This document shows positions 16,937-31,927 of a stretch of 64,000 nt of DNA, one piece after another (position 1 is the first letter of the stretch; each line of letters begins with the position of its first letter). Location: the NCBI RefSeq assembly GCF_009914755.1, contig NC_060931.1, one strand, 5' to 3'. Both the position numbers and the translations under genes were made by a program. Origin of the DNA: the human T2T-CHM13v2.0 reference genome, Homo sapiens. A model generated the notes under the pieces. The model saw nothing but the letters and a program-made list of their open reading frames with translations. It searched no databases and had not been told where the DNA came from.

Positions 16937-17499
16937 GTAAGCCCCTGCTGACTCTGGTGGCTGTGGTGGAGTGACAAAGAATCGTGGTGCTTCGTTGGCC
17001 ATCGTGGAGTTAAAACCTTGTAAAACTCTAGAGGTCCCAGGAATTTTATTGATGTATTCATTTCGTGATCGATATTCATCAAGAACCTGGAATTGTTCTA
17101 GGCCTTGGGGATAATAGCAGTCAAGAAGACCAAGCTCTTGCTCTTATAAAGCTAGTATTTTAGTGGGAGGATGGACAGTCCACACAAAGTGAGTCATTAA
17201 AAACCATGTAGTGACATGAATATGCTGAGAAATAAAATAGTGTGGTGGTGAGTAATTGGTTGGCTTTTACATAAACCTTTATTTCAGACATATACGGAAG
17301 TAGAGAGATTGGTCTAATGAACTCCCATCCAACCATCACTCACCTTCAAAAATGATCAACTCATGACCCAGAGTTGTTTCAATTATACCTTTACCCATTT
17401 TTTCTGCTCTTAGCCCAGATTATTTTAAAGCAAACCACCAAAATTATATCATTTACCCAGAATTATTTCAGCATATATTCCTAAAAGATTTCTACTCTT

Positions 17500-17817
17500 A
17501 TTTTATTTACTTTATTTCATATTTTATTTTATTTTATTTTATTTTGAGACAAGGACTTGCTCTGTCACCCAGGTTGGAGTGCAGTGCTGTGATCGTAGCT
17601 TACTGCAGCCTCCAACTCTTGGGTTCCAGTAGTCCTCCTGCCTCAGCCTCCTGAGTAGCTGGGACTAGAGGTGCACGCCACTATGCCTGGCTATTTTTTG
17701 TAGCGAGAAGGTCTCACTGTTTTGCCCAGGCTGGTCTCAAACTCCTGGCCTCAAGCGACCTTCCTACCTCGGCCTCTCAAAGTGCTGGGATTATAGGTGT
17801 GAGCCACTGTGCCCGGC
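17500..17817 (-). mobile_element. AluJ
   Basis: Antisense Alu about 570 bp downstream of the first exon. Confidence 0.9.
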
Positions 17818-18290
17818 TGATGTGTATTCTTTTGAAACAGTTATTCAGAGTGCTGGGCTCATACCTAAAAATTTTCAACTAAAAATTTTAATTTCCTCTT
17901 CTATGTGTTTTGTTTTTCCTCTTAGAAATCACTTTGCTGTAGAAAATGGATCATGCATCTTGGCTGATGCCCTGTGTTTATATTTTAGATTTTGTTGAGT
18001 GCATGTTCCTGTGTATCCTGTGGATTGGTGCCTACAGTTAGATCAAGAGAAGATTGATTAAATTCAGGGGTGCATGTGTGTGTGGGTTTGTTTGTATTTC
18101 AGGAATATTTCACTGGTGGTCTTGTATACTCCAATCAGGAGTCACATAATGTCTGCTTGCCTCTCATATTTTTGCAAGTGTTTCTTTGGGATAGATTCCG
18201 ATGAGTGTATTGCTGGGTCAAAGGGTAAATGCATATATTATTTTACTAGATATGGTGGTTGACTATTTTAGGGAAGCTTTTCTGAGATGA

Positions 18291-18708
<418 letters not shown>

Positions 18709-18709
18709 T

Positions 18710-19450
18710 GAGATGACATTTTAAAAACTGATACCTAAATGGTAAGCAGAAACCTGGGGTAAGGGCGTTCCAGGCAGGTGGTGCTAGTGCATGGAGGTCC
18801 TGTGCTATCCTAGTGGAGTGGCTGAGGTTGGCAGCGGCACAGGATAAATCAGAGCAGTGGGCTGGGGCAGCTTTTATGAGGCCTTTCAAGCAAAGATAAG
18901 GGGATTGGATTTTAAACTAAGTTTGATGGTAAGCTTTGTAAATATAGGTGCACTAGGAAAGGGCGTGAAGCTGGGGAGAGATGCAGTCTGATTTGTGATT
19001 TTAAAAGATCACCCCACTGCTGCAGCATGGCTTGGTTATAGAGGGCAGTAGAGTAGGCACAACAGTCACAAAGTGAGTGGTTAGTCCAAGCAAGAGATGG
19101 TTTGGGGAAGGTCAGTGGGACTAGGGCCGGAGAGCCGTGGGTACATTTAGGATTCCTTTTGGAAGTAGAACCAATAAAACATTTTGCTAGATTATAGGTA
19201 CGGGCTGAAAGAAAAAAGAATCAAGAATAGCACCTGGGTTTTTGGCTTAAGCCATTGCGTGGATGGTGAAACTGTTTGCTGAGATACAGGAAACCAGGAG
19301 GGAAAAGGGGACATATTTGGGGAGAAATGTTGAGCTCCCTGTTGGCAACATTAAATTTGAGATATCTTTTAAATATCCAAGTAGAAGTTTAAATAGATCA
19401 TAGGTTTTATAAGCTCGAAGTTTCAGGGGTAAGATAGGGCTAGAAATAAT
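18710..19450 (-). mobile_element. L2 fragment
   Basis: Purine-rich L2-like tracts (gattttaaaagatcacccc, gtccaagcaagagatgg, ttggaagtagaacc). Confidence 0.65.
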
Positions 19451-20184
19451 GTTTGGAAGTAATGGCTTTTTTAGGCAACTAATTGTCCACAAGACAAGAG
19501 AAGTGATGAGAAAATGTACCCTGTCTGGGAAAGCCAACTCTGCTCATTTCCGTTTATGGCTTTGAAACTGAACCCTGTCTGTGTCATATCAGAGGTTTTA
19601 CAGCTGTCTTTTGGTGAGTTTAGCTTTTGGTGTTACTCTAGAGGGGTGGGGAGGTGGGAACAGATGAAATACTGCTGTCTGAGTACGTAACATTTTATCT
19701 CTGGTCAGGCTGAAGACACTCTTGAAATTGCACTTAATTTCAAAAGGCTACTCTTGGCAGGAGCTCTAATGATGCAAAGATACAAACTGCAGCTGAAAAT
19801 ATATGTATCAGCTTAAGCAAACCTTGCCAACATCAGAGATTAGTGGTGTTTTAATTTATGATTTAGCTATTAAAGAATGCTGCCTCAAATTATGTTGTAG
19901 TAAAACCTCTATTATAATAAAGCAGCTTGGCTGGATCTCCCTTTTTTTCATTTCCTTCCTTTCTTCCCCCCCGCCCCACCTCTCCCCCCTCCTTTCTTAC
20001 TTTCGCAGTCATGTTTTTCTATAAAGGACAGGTATTTTAAATCTGAAAAAAATCAGTCAACATTATTTTTTAAAGAATGACAGCTACTTGGTAAACAGTA
20101 TACTTCTCTGATGGGTATTATTTGGTTCACCAAACTATGAACATCACTAGGAAATAGATAAAGCCTTCTGTCTATAGCTGAGAT

Positions 20185-20496
<312 letters not shown>

Positions 20497-20741
20497 TAAG
20501 ATGCTATTAACAACAAAGTTTTCTTTCAAAATTTCCATTTTACTATTTTGTCCTTGCATTCAACAATATTTGTGAGCTCTCTCCATGTGATAGGCCTTGT
20601 TAAAGCTCTGGAGATGAAAAATTTTATATGAATGTGCTGTTGGGAAATGAATGTTTTATTGAAAATAAGCAAAAATCTATAAAAGTAAAATGACCTACTC
20701 TGAGAGATTTTATAATTGAAAACTCTTGGAGAAATGTATAA

Positions 20742-21062
<321 letters not shown>

Positions 21063-21739
21063 TAAAATAAATATTTTGATGATAAAATATAATGTAATAA
21101 ATAACAGTTCATGTTACATCAGAGGGAGGCACATTCAGTCATGTCATATCTTTCATAAAAGACCCCAGGGAGAAATGTCCTGCAATGAATGTCAAATGCC
21201 TGGTCACTGGAGGTCAGTCTCATGCTTTGTTAACTTACCTGTCATTTGTCCAGCAAGTTAATGAGATTCTTCCTTTGATGCTGTAGTCGCAAAAGGGATG
21301 TTTATAGAATATAGCATACTGCTACTAAGAGGAAAAACAAATTCTAGAATAATATTTATTATGCAATTCCATTTTTTAAATTTTAATTTGCATTTTAAAT
21401 CCTTGATTACATTTTCAATGTTGTATGTTCAGATGTATTTATGTAAGAAAAGTATGGAAGGATATCTGTCAGATTGTTAACAGTGACCTATTTGGGAGAA
21501 GGGGAGGGAAATGTTTATTAATTTTACTTTTTGTAATTATGTATTGTGTGGATTATTACAATGAGCATGCATTGGTTTGTAATTCAAAAGACAAATGAAA
21601 TCAGTAAATGGAGAAGGCATGCTTTTCCTGTTCAATAGGATTGAACTACAGAATGTCTGAAAATACATCTTTTTGTCATTGTTGTCTTATTAATTAAAGT
21701 TAAAAATTTCTAAAATAGAGGAGTTTTAAAAATCATTGT

Positions 21740-22060
21740 CTGGGCCTCATGGCTCATGCCTGTAATCCCAGCACTTTGGGAGGCCGAGTCAGGCAGATCA
21801 CTTGAGGTCAGGAGTTCGAGACCAGCCTGGCCACATGGTGAAACCCTGTCTCTACTAAAAATACAAAAATTAGCTGGGCGTGGTGGCAGGTGCCTATAAT
21901 CCCAGCTACTCGGGAGGCTGAGGCATGAGAATCACTTGAATCCAGGAGGCAGAGGCTGCAGTGAGCTGAGATCATGCCACTGTACTCCAGCCTGGTCAAA
22001 AGAGCGAGACTCTGTCTCAAAAAAAAATTAATAAATAACAACAACAATAATAATAATAAG
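21740..22060 (+). mobile_element. Alu (AluS)
   Basis: Sense Alu consensus. Confidence 0.92.
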
Positions 22061-22972
22061 ACCTCTCCATAAAACATTTGATAAGAACTAGCAATATGGC
22101 AGGCTATAACCTCAAACCTCTCTAAGGATTAACACTTAGAAGTGAATCTGTTATGAAAACCATACGTTTGGGAAGGTGCATATCTGTCAGGGCTGTAAGG
22201 GAGACACTCTTGGAGCGGGAAGAAAAGAGACCATTCTGGAAGTACTCCATGGTCCTAGTAGACAGTACTCGGGTTTAAAGGACAGAAGACTAGGCCCTTT
22301 CACCTTCAATGAAAGGATGGATTAGGGAAAAACTTACCCACGGACACAGTAACACTTGGAAGGCTTGTTCCCTACCCGTGCGTTTGGTAAAAAGGAAAAG
22401 TCTCTCCAGGGCCTTACCCTCAAATGGCCTTGGAATTCAAATTTAGTATTATGGTACCTCAAGGTCATATAAATGCCCCCAAGATGTGAAATCAATAATA
22501 CAAATTGGCCCTAGATTCACAGATATGCCTGGAGCTCCCTGCAGATGCAGACACAATGCTGTTCATACCCTTTGTATTTCAATTGAGTTGCTTATCTTTT
22601 TGTTATTAAGTTCTTTGATTTTAAAATGGAAACACACATGTATGTGTATGTGTGTGCATTCAGAGTACTGTACTGAATTGTTGACAAATTTCTAAATCCA
22701 GTGTGAGGAAGGTTTCTAACATGTATGTATCACCCCATTCAACTTCTTTTTCTCATTTTGCTTGTAGCACTAACCTAATTGGATTTAGGAAACGCTACCT
22801 TCCTTTTTCTATCTACCCTGTGTGCAGTTTCTCTTTTGTGAGTCAAAGGAAAAATCATCTTAACTTTGGTCATAGAAGTGGTAGCATGAACAACCCTTGG
22901 GTCAGGAAGGGCGACTGTAAATGCGGGAGTGGCGTCATGGCCAGGCATGCCCTCGGCATCTTTTCTCCCTGA

Positions 22973-23188
22973 CGTGTGAGTGTGTGGTGTGTTTATGTGT
23001 GTGGTGTGTGTGCATCTGTGTTGTGTGTGTGCATGTGTGTGGTGTGTGCACTTGTGTGTTGTATGTGTGCATGTATGTGTGTTCATGTGTGTGTTGTGTG
23101 CGTGTGTTGTGTGTATGTGCATGTGTGTGTGGTATGTGTATGTATGTGTGTGTGTTTGTGTTTGTGTGTGTCTGTCCGTGTGTGCGTG
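22973..23188. repeat. Degenerate (TG)n tract, about 215 bp
   Basis: Seen directly; source of the spurious Cys/Val ORFs. Confidence 0.9.
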
Positions 23189-24672
23189 TCAGATCTGGGG
23201 TCTCCCATAGTCTGCACTTACTAGAGTCTCATGTGGGGTGAGAGGCAGTGCCCAGTTTTGATACCCACCTAAAATGTGCCAGTGTAGCCTAGGACAGGTT
23301 ATTCATCCTCCTTGAGCCTAAATTCTGTCAATATTAAAATTTGCATAAGAATATCTCTTTAATAAGTTTGTTTTGAGAATTCAATGGGGTAATGTATGCC
23401 CAGATTCATTAAGTTTTTAGATCACTTTCCATTAAGCACATTTATTTAAACAAAATCAATAGAGGCTATTGCTTTATCATATCGATTTCCTCTTTTCTTT
23501 CTTTACCAGTCTTGTAAAATATTTTTCTGCTATATTCCTTGTAAATTAGCATGTATCTTAGCTTCATTAGGCTTAAAGAGGCCTTTATTTGCTAGCCTGA
23601 GAATCTTCCTTGTCATTATTTGCTTGCTTGCTTGTGAAAAGGTTTCATGTTACAACCATCTGTCTTGCTGAAAACTTTTGTAACACAATCCATTTGTAAA
23701 TGAAATACTGTCTGTGTGTTCTCTGCCTAGCATTACACCTTGAGAATAGGACGTGCTCAGTAATTATTTGTTGTCAAATGACTTAAAACTACTTACTGTT
23801 GGCACCCTAGCTGTGTGTAGTGCTCAATCCTTGCAGAACGCACCCTGCAAAATGATTGTCTTAGCATAGCCTCACTCTCTCCCACAAAGGTGAGGAATAC
23901 TGTCAGTTTTTCTTGTATGTAGCAGTCCCTAGCCAGCGTTTATCAGCTGGTTCATACCTGTTACAGAGTAGAAAACTCCTGAGTCATGTGAATGAAATTT
24001 TGTACTAGATTAGAAAAGAGTTGTGGAGTTTAATGTCATAGGAGAATGTCTGACTTGATTTTTTGTTCATTTAGCATAGATTGATTTGGGGTGCCAAGAA
24101 GAGCAAGGCACAGCCCCTGCCCTCAAAGGGCTCAGAGTTTTGACGCTTCTTTATACCAGTTACCTGGTAACAGATAACTGCACAGGATGTGATAAGATCA
24201 GGGTCAGATAGCGTAGAGGTTCCTGAATGGAGGTTAAAGAAATGATGGGTCACTTTAGCCAGGTGCAGACAGGATGCTGAGTGGGCAGTCCAGCTCTAGA
24301 GTTACTTGTGCATATGGCCAAAGACAGGGGCTTGAATGGCTGATGGTCCATTGTTAGCGCAAGCTACGGAGGCAGGTGAGGAAGGCCTCGTGCCGTGGTG
24401 AGAAGCTCGGGCTGGTTTAAAGAGTTATTGAAGCATTTTTAGGATAAAGGAATGAAGTATTTGGGGTATATTATGGGGAAAAAATGTCATAACGTCATTA
24501 TTTATTTTCTCATCAAACTATAGGGGACAAAAACAGTATTAGGAGTCTTTTGACACCCAGTTGGTTTAATTAGAATATCAAATAGTCAAACCAGCAAAAT
24601 ACTGCTCTTCCCACAGACCATGAATCCCAAGGCAAACTCTCCAAGCAGCCAGTGAGGAAGACTTTATGGCCC

Positions 24673-24980
24673 CATCTTAGTCTGTTTGCATCACTATAAA
24701 GGAATACCTGAGGCTAATTTATAAAGAAAGGAGGTTTGTTTGGTTCATGGTTCTGCAGGCTCTACAAGAAGCATGGTGCCAACAGCTGCTTGTGGTGAGG
24801 GCCACAGGCTGCTTTCAGTCATGGCAGAAGGCAGAGAAAGAGAGACAGACGGACGGACAGAGAGACAGACAGATGGACACTGCCCTTGTGACCCAAACAC
24901 CTCCCACTGGGCTCCACCCCCAACACTGGGGATCACATTTCAGCATGAGGTTTGAACGCTCAGATAGCCACAGTATAGCA
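24673..24980 (-). mobile_element. MST-type MaLR solo LTR
   Basis: tcttagtctgtttgcatcactataaaggaatacctgaggct...ggggatcacatttcagcatgagg...tatagca. Confidence 0.8.
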
Positions 24981-25468
24981 GCCCCCATCTCCTAGGGCAG
25001 TGGGGTGGGTCCAAAAGCCACAGGTTATAAAAGTGTGGGTTATGCTTTTCACTGCAAACTCAAGGATGCATAAATGATCCTGTTCTTCACAAACATTCTT
25101 GGGGTCTGCTTGTTACTCCTCAGCCTGCAGATTCTGGTGTGAGTGACTTGGCTTTTCCATCACCACGCTGTACCCATCTATTTTCTTCAGACTGTTCTTT
25201 ATTCAGAGTTTTGGTGAAGAACTTGCTGCTTCTGATAAATGGAGTTGGGGGTGAGGGTGAGGGTGAGAGTGGGTGAGAAGGTGGCAGACAGCTGTGATAT
25301 GAAGGGAAAGTTTTTTAGATAATTCTGTGCTCAGGAATAAAGTCAGGGCAAGCCATCAGTAGACTAGAGGGTAGGATGAAGTGGGGCAGTCGCAGCAGAG
25401 AGAAAACCAGACAGAGCCATTGGGCTCTGAGTGAGAGCTCGGGGTCCCTGAGGTGACCCCCAGTCTAA

Positions 25469-25895
<427 letters not shown>

Positions 25896-26387
25896 CCTCA
25901 AAGGGTTTTGTCTGGCAAAAATGAGAACTTTTATGTGAAAATACCATAAAGCATCATAGAGTCATAAGGAATGGGTGGAGTCATGATAATGAACCGCAGC
26001 AGGCATTCTCTCATTCCATTCCCAAACTAAATCTCCCCTCAGTGCTTCATGGCTATTTTTGCTGAGTAATAAAATATTAAAATATTTTCAAAAGCTGTTC
26101 TCACGAAGACAAGATTTTATCTAACAACTCTATGATTCAGTGAACTAACTTTTTAAATATTAAAAAGAAAGTCCTTTGAAGTAGCTACTGCATACATGGT
26201 TGTTTGTGTAATCCACACATAAGCAGTATTTAAATTGAGGTAGAGTACACTTTTATGACTAATGCTTATCAATAAATAATTTTCATGTTTTTTATGCACT
26301 TGGTAAGGCTAGCAGTTTTCCAGCCATGCTTTCGTAATGATGTCTTGAACCATATCATTATTTGCCTTTTTTATTCACCTTAAGCTC

Positions 26388-26919
26388 TGTTACTGAGCAA
26401 AAGGGGCTCACTACCTGATGCTCTGGAAGCCAATACTAATTGACATAGGGTTTTTGAGGGGGGAAAAGAAAGCTTTTTTATTGCAAGTCGACTAATAAAG
26501 AGACACTGAGTCCAGCTCAAATTTGTCTTCCTGTGCAGGCTTTAAGGCAGTGATTTTATTAGGGGATGGATTCTCAGATTAGTAAGTGATTGGTGGAAGG
26601 AAAGGGGAGATCTGGAAAGTCCTCGGACACGCGCAGTTGTCTGTTTGATCATGCTTGCTTGTGGTTTGCATATGCAAATTCAGGGGGAGTTAGTATGAAA
26701 TGTGGTGGAAATTCGGGCTGTGATGTCAGCAAGCTCTTTCTATTCAGACTCCATTGGACATGTTGGTTCCAACCAATTTCAGCCAGTTTTTTTAAATCTC
26801 ACAAGCAGAGGGAGTTTCAGCAGTTTTAGCAAGTTGTTTATTTTCTTATACGGCCATCCTGCAAACACAAGGATTTCTGTTAGTCGTTGGTTTCTTTAAC
26901 TCTGTAGGGCACAGTTTCA
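26388..26919 (-). mobile_element. Solo ERV1-class LTR (subfamily not assigned)
   Basis: TG...CA termini, near-TSD gctc/gctt. Minus strand begins TGAAACTGTGCCCTACAGAGTTAAAGAAACC and carries an AATAAA (tttatt near 26477-26482). Confidence 0.7.
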
Positions 26920-27176
26920 GCTTGAACTCCGTTTAATGAATTCTCTAAATCACCGGGCAAACTGAGAAGATTCTCTTGTTTATTGTAATTAAGCTGGGTG
27001 GCTGTGGTTTATATTCCACAAAGGCCATCACAGTTTAGTGCACCAGTCATCTGTTTGAACAGCTGTCTTGAGTAGAGTGTTTGGCAAAGCTCATGTGAGT
27101 CTTCATCCAAGTCCCAGCTCTGTCATCAGGGTCAGGGTCACTCTGCTCATTTGTTGGTTTTTAAAAATTAAGTGTT

Positions 27177-27476
27177 GGCCAGGCGTGTTGGCTCACATCT
27201 GTAATCCCAGCACATAGGAGGCCGAGATGGGCAGATCAATTGAGGTCAGGAGTTCAAGACCAGCCTGGCCAACATGGCGAAACTCCATCTCTACTAAAAA
27301 TACAAAAATTAGCTGGGCGTGGTGGCACGTGCCTGTATTCCCAGCTACATGGGAGGCTAAGGCAGGAGAATCACTTCAACCCAGGAGGCGGAGGCTGCAG
27401 TGAGCCGAGATCAGGCCACTGCACTCCAGCCTGGGCAACAAGAATGAGACTCTGTCTCAAAAAAAAAAAAAAAAAA
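27177..27476 (+). mobile_element. Alu (AluS)
   Basis: Sense Alu; followed by a (TG)n tract near 27505-27585. Confidence 0.93.
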
Positions 27477-28041
27477 TTCAGTGTCATTCTGCATTCTCCA
27501 GTTTGTCTGTGGTGTGTGTGTGTCCTGTCTTTATATGTATTTGTGTGTGTTTGTGTGTGTGTGTGTGTGTGAGTGAATGTGTATGAGGGGTGCACATGCC
27601 TTTCTCCCCACTCCCTCCAAGTTATTCCCCACTTAGCGGAATCATTTCTGGGATTTTCTCAACAAGTTGTTGAGAAAAGTTTGATTTGTGGGTATTTGAA
27701 GAGCCCACAGAGTTAAGATTTATTTGAAGAAATAAGATAAATCTTTTAGTATTAGAAAATTAATCATTTTACCATTATGTAATTTACCAAATAAAGAACT
27801 TAGTTATGAAATTCTGGGGTCTTGTATGCCTTGGCTATTAGGTAGAGTCCAAAAGAGTTAGATAACTTAACTTTCTGCAGTTGTACTTAAGAATTTCTGT
27901 GTTGGTGAAATACATGTGTATATGTAGTTGTGTGTAAAGGTATATAGGTACATGCACAAATATATTTCCCTTTTGGCATGATTGTTTATGTAACCACATT
28001 CAAAGTGCATTACAAAATTAACTCCCTAAAGAATAATTTTA

Positions 28042-28341
28042 GGCCAGGTGTAGTGGCTCACACCTGTGATCCCAGCACCTTGGGAGGCTGGGGCAGGTAG
28101 ATTGCTTGAGGCCAGGAATTCAAGACCAGCCTGGTCAACATGGCGAAACCCCATCTCTACTAAAAATACAAAAATTAGCCAGGCATGGTGGCAGGCGCCT
28201 GTAATCCCAGCCACTCAGAAGGCTGAGGCACGAGACTCTCTTGAACCAGGAAGTGGAGGTTGTGGTGAGCCCCGATTGCGCCACTGCACTCCAGCCTAGG
28301 CGACAGAGCAAGACTCTGACTCAAAAATGATAATAATAATA
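28042..28341 (+). mobile_element. Alu (AluS)
   Basis: Sense Alu about 530 bp upstream of the second exon; TSD aataatttta. Confidence 0.93.
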
Positions 28342-28868
28342 ATTTTAAAGGGATCCTTATCTGTCACTTTAAGGAAAAAGTTTGCCAGTTTCAATCTCAA
28401 TTATACTAGAAAATGGAAGCTCAGCTTATTTTCCCAGTGAATCAATTACTTGGTCAGTGAATTTTTATGAGTGTCCACTATGCCCCCATTATTGTCCTAA
28501 GGGGTGATAACCCCTTCATAATTCCTCAATTATAGTGCACAGATGAATCTGAATCAAAAGACATGCTGTTGATTCAAATACATTATTGTGACCAGACAGC
28601 CTAGATTGCGACAACGGTAGAAAGCGCAGGTACTTAAGCCCCAGCAATGTCATAGAGTAGCAAGAGCATCAGCCTGCTGTCTTTGTCAGTAGCTACTTGT
28701 ATGGTCTCCTAGGCAGATTTTATCATCTCTATATTCACTTCCTTCACTGTAAAATACGGACTGGATTGCATTGGTTGACCTCAAGAAGGTTTTCCGGCTC
28801 TGAAAGTCTTCTTCTATGACATGCAGGTAGGTCTGTAGTCATCTCTGATGGTTATACTGTTTCCACAG

Positions 28869-29036
28869 GGCGTTACCTACTGCGGAGAAAGTTCAGCAAG
28901 CAGTCTTACCATGGCCCACGTGCCCTGGCATGAGGAAGTGGTACAGTTTGTCCACGAGTTGGTGGATCTGATCCCCGAATATGAAATTGCATGTGAACAC
29001 GAACACTCTAATTGCCTCCTGATAGCACACAGAAAG
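28869..29036 (+). CDS. TYW1: Internal coding exon of TYW1 (wyosine-formation domain; probably the penultimate exon), 168 nt, phase 0/0
   Basis: Acceptor tgtttccacag| and donor AAG|gtaaga. Translates GVTYCGESSASSLTMAHVPWHEEVVQFVHELVDLIPEYEIACEHEHSNCLLIAHRK, joining the previous exon in frame (..IEVK|GVTYCG..). Contained within ORF-track entry 28848..29219. Confidence 0.95.
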
Positions 29037-29634
29037 GTAAGAATAACTCAAACATGGATTCTTCTGTTCCCCGACCCTGCTGTTCTTTCCTTCTCTTCTC
29101 TCTTTATTTTCCTCTTACATTGTTATAGGGATTATCTGCTTGTTTGCTACCTTTCCCAAAACAAAAATAAGAGAGCACTAAATTCTGTCTGCTGGGCTCA
29201 TAAACTCTTTTCCATGTGAAATTGCTTCTTGTTTAGCCCTCCTCTGGACATCTTGAAGTACTTTCTGGTTTGCAATTTTAGAAGGTGCATGCTAACAAAA
29301 CAAAAGCAAAATGCCCTTGTAATAACCTCTAGTCCTTTCCTGGAATGACAGGGAAAAGCTAAAATAGTAAATAGTCCCCATATGAGTTTCTAGCTGTCAG
29401 AAGCAATATTGTGGTATCTATCAAATTTTAGATTGCTTGAATCTTGGCATCTGGAGAATTTTGTTTGGGATTTTAGTTTATAACACTATTTCCATTTTTC
29501 CCCTTTAGTCCTTTTATTAGATAGAACAAGTATATGAATCTAGTATCTTTCTTAAGTAAATAACTCCTAGCAAAGGAAAAATCCAGTTCTTGATAGAGGT
29601 GGGCCACTAAAATAGTTTGCTAATTTTCTGGAGA

Positions 29635-30200
29635 AGTTCTGGAAAATTTCTTAGTCTTTATTTCTTTAAATACTTATTCTTTCTCATTATATGTTCTCCT
29701 CTAGGACTCCAATTAAACATATGTTAGACGTCATTACATATTTTTTTAATATCTCTTGCCTTCTCATTTGTATTTTTTGTGCTTTTGTCTCTCCATCTCT
29801 CCATATTTCATTTTGGGTAGTTTCTATTGATTCATCTTCCAGTTCACTAAGTCTTGCTTCAGCTGTGTCTCCTGTGCTATTAAATTCAACCATTAATTTC
29901 TTAATTTTGTATTTTATGTTTTTTTAATTGTATAATTTCTGCTTGGTTTATTTCAAAAATGCTATTTTGTATAATTTCTATTTCCCTGCTGAAGTTTTCA
30001 AGCTTGGGTTTTATCTTCTTGAGTACTGGAAGTGAGTTGTTTTATGGTTTGTATCTGATAATTCCAATGACTAAAGTTCCTGTGGGCGTGTGTCTGTTGT
30101 CTGTCATTTCTGCAGGTTCTCATTCATGTTGCCTTGTCTTCTCCAGTGCCTTGTTACCTGTGATTGCATTCTGTACGTTGCATTTAGAAGATTATTTCTA
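29635..30200 (-). mobile_element. Old L1 ORF1-region fragment
   Basis: Minus ORF 29687-29893 (DTAEARLSELEDESIETTQNE...SNICLIGVLEE) resembles the L1 ORF1p coiled-coil/RRM start. Confidence 0.75.
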
Positions 30201-30947
30201 GAAATCAAGTCAAGCCTAGGATCAGAAGATCTCTAATGTGGTGTTTTAGATATGTGATTTAACCCTTTCACTTTTTCCTTATGGAATCTGAGGTCTGAAC
30301 GGTGAAGAAACTGGCTTAAATGGCTGTGTCAAACTGGAATCACAGCCTTCTCTCCCTCTAGTCCATTGATCTTTTTTATAATACAAGGCATCTTTCAAAA
30401 CCATTGGCAGTATTCAAAGGAACATTTAAAACAGGACAATTTAATTTTAGTCTAATCCTTTACTTCAGTCTGTAAGATTTCTTCTCTTTTCCCATGAGGA
30501 TAGGGGAAATAGATAGCAAACCATCTCATTCAAGCCAATTCAGTTCTTCAAGTGTTTATTGAATGCCTGCTGAGTTCTGGACACCAGGGTGTGCAGCAAG
30601 GGACACAGTGCTCAGACATGAAGAATGGAAAGCCACAGGGTTAATTGAAAAGTAGACTTGGCACAAATCTTACACTACCACTTGTTAACTAGGTGACTTT
30701 GTGCAAGTTCTTTCATCTTTCTGTAGTGTAATGAATGAGAAGAGATTATGCGTGGAGTCAGATTGATTAGAGGGCTTTAATCTTGGCCCCTGTCTCTTTA
30801 GCTTTTCATCTGGAAAATGGGTATATTGCTAGCCAAGGCCATTATTATGAAACACTTAACACAGCACCTGGCTCATAGCATGATTCAGTTATTGCTGCTT
30901 CAGTTATTTTTATTTTTATAAAACCACCTAATTTGGTGAATGCTTAA

Positions 30948-31370
<423 letters not shown>

Positions 31371-31927
31371 TAACTTGCCCAAGATGAAACAGCCAGTAAG
31401 GAGTAGAAATGGGATTTAAGCCCTGGCATCTGACTCCAGAGCCTGTATTCCCTTCTTTCCTTCCTTCTTTCTTTTTCTTTTGTTTTAAATTTGGAAATTA
31501 TTTCAAATTTACAAAAAAGTGCAATGATAAAAATAGAACAAAGGACATAGATTTGCAAAATCACCTGTTACCATTTTTCTGCCATTTGCTTGTTCTCTTG
31601 CTCTCTCTCTTTTGCTCCCGTTCTCTCTCGTTCTCTCTCCCTCCCTTCCCTACCCCTGCCCCCCGCCCCCGCAGCATACACGTGCACGCATCGTCTTTTC
31701 TGAACCCTTTGAGGAAATGTTGCATTGGTCATGGTCCTTTGCCCTAAATGTTTCAGTGTGAATTTCTTAAGACTAGGAATATTTTCTCTTACAACCACAA
31801 TACAGTTATCAACTTCAAAATTGTAAACTGATACATGACTTTAATCTACCATCCATATTCAAATTTTGTCAGATCAGCTTGTAATGTCCTTTATAGCATT
31901 TCCCCCTCCAGTTCAGGATCTACTCTA

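Noticed and set aside
16770-17075. Local CpG enrichment and CRE-like TGACGTCC near the first exon
   Set aside because: Too short for a CpG island, explained by coding constraint, and the motif is imperfect.
16666-17082. ORF-track entries overlapping the first exon
   Set aside because: Wrong frame or strand; the true frame starts at 16826.
22775-23241. Cys/Val- and His/Thr-rich ORFs
   Set aside because: Products of the (TG)n tract.
28848-29219. 123-aa ORF as a standalone gene
   Set aside because: Only 28869-29036 is exon; the flanks are intron read-through beyond canonical splice sites.
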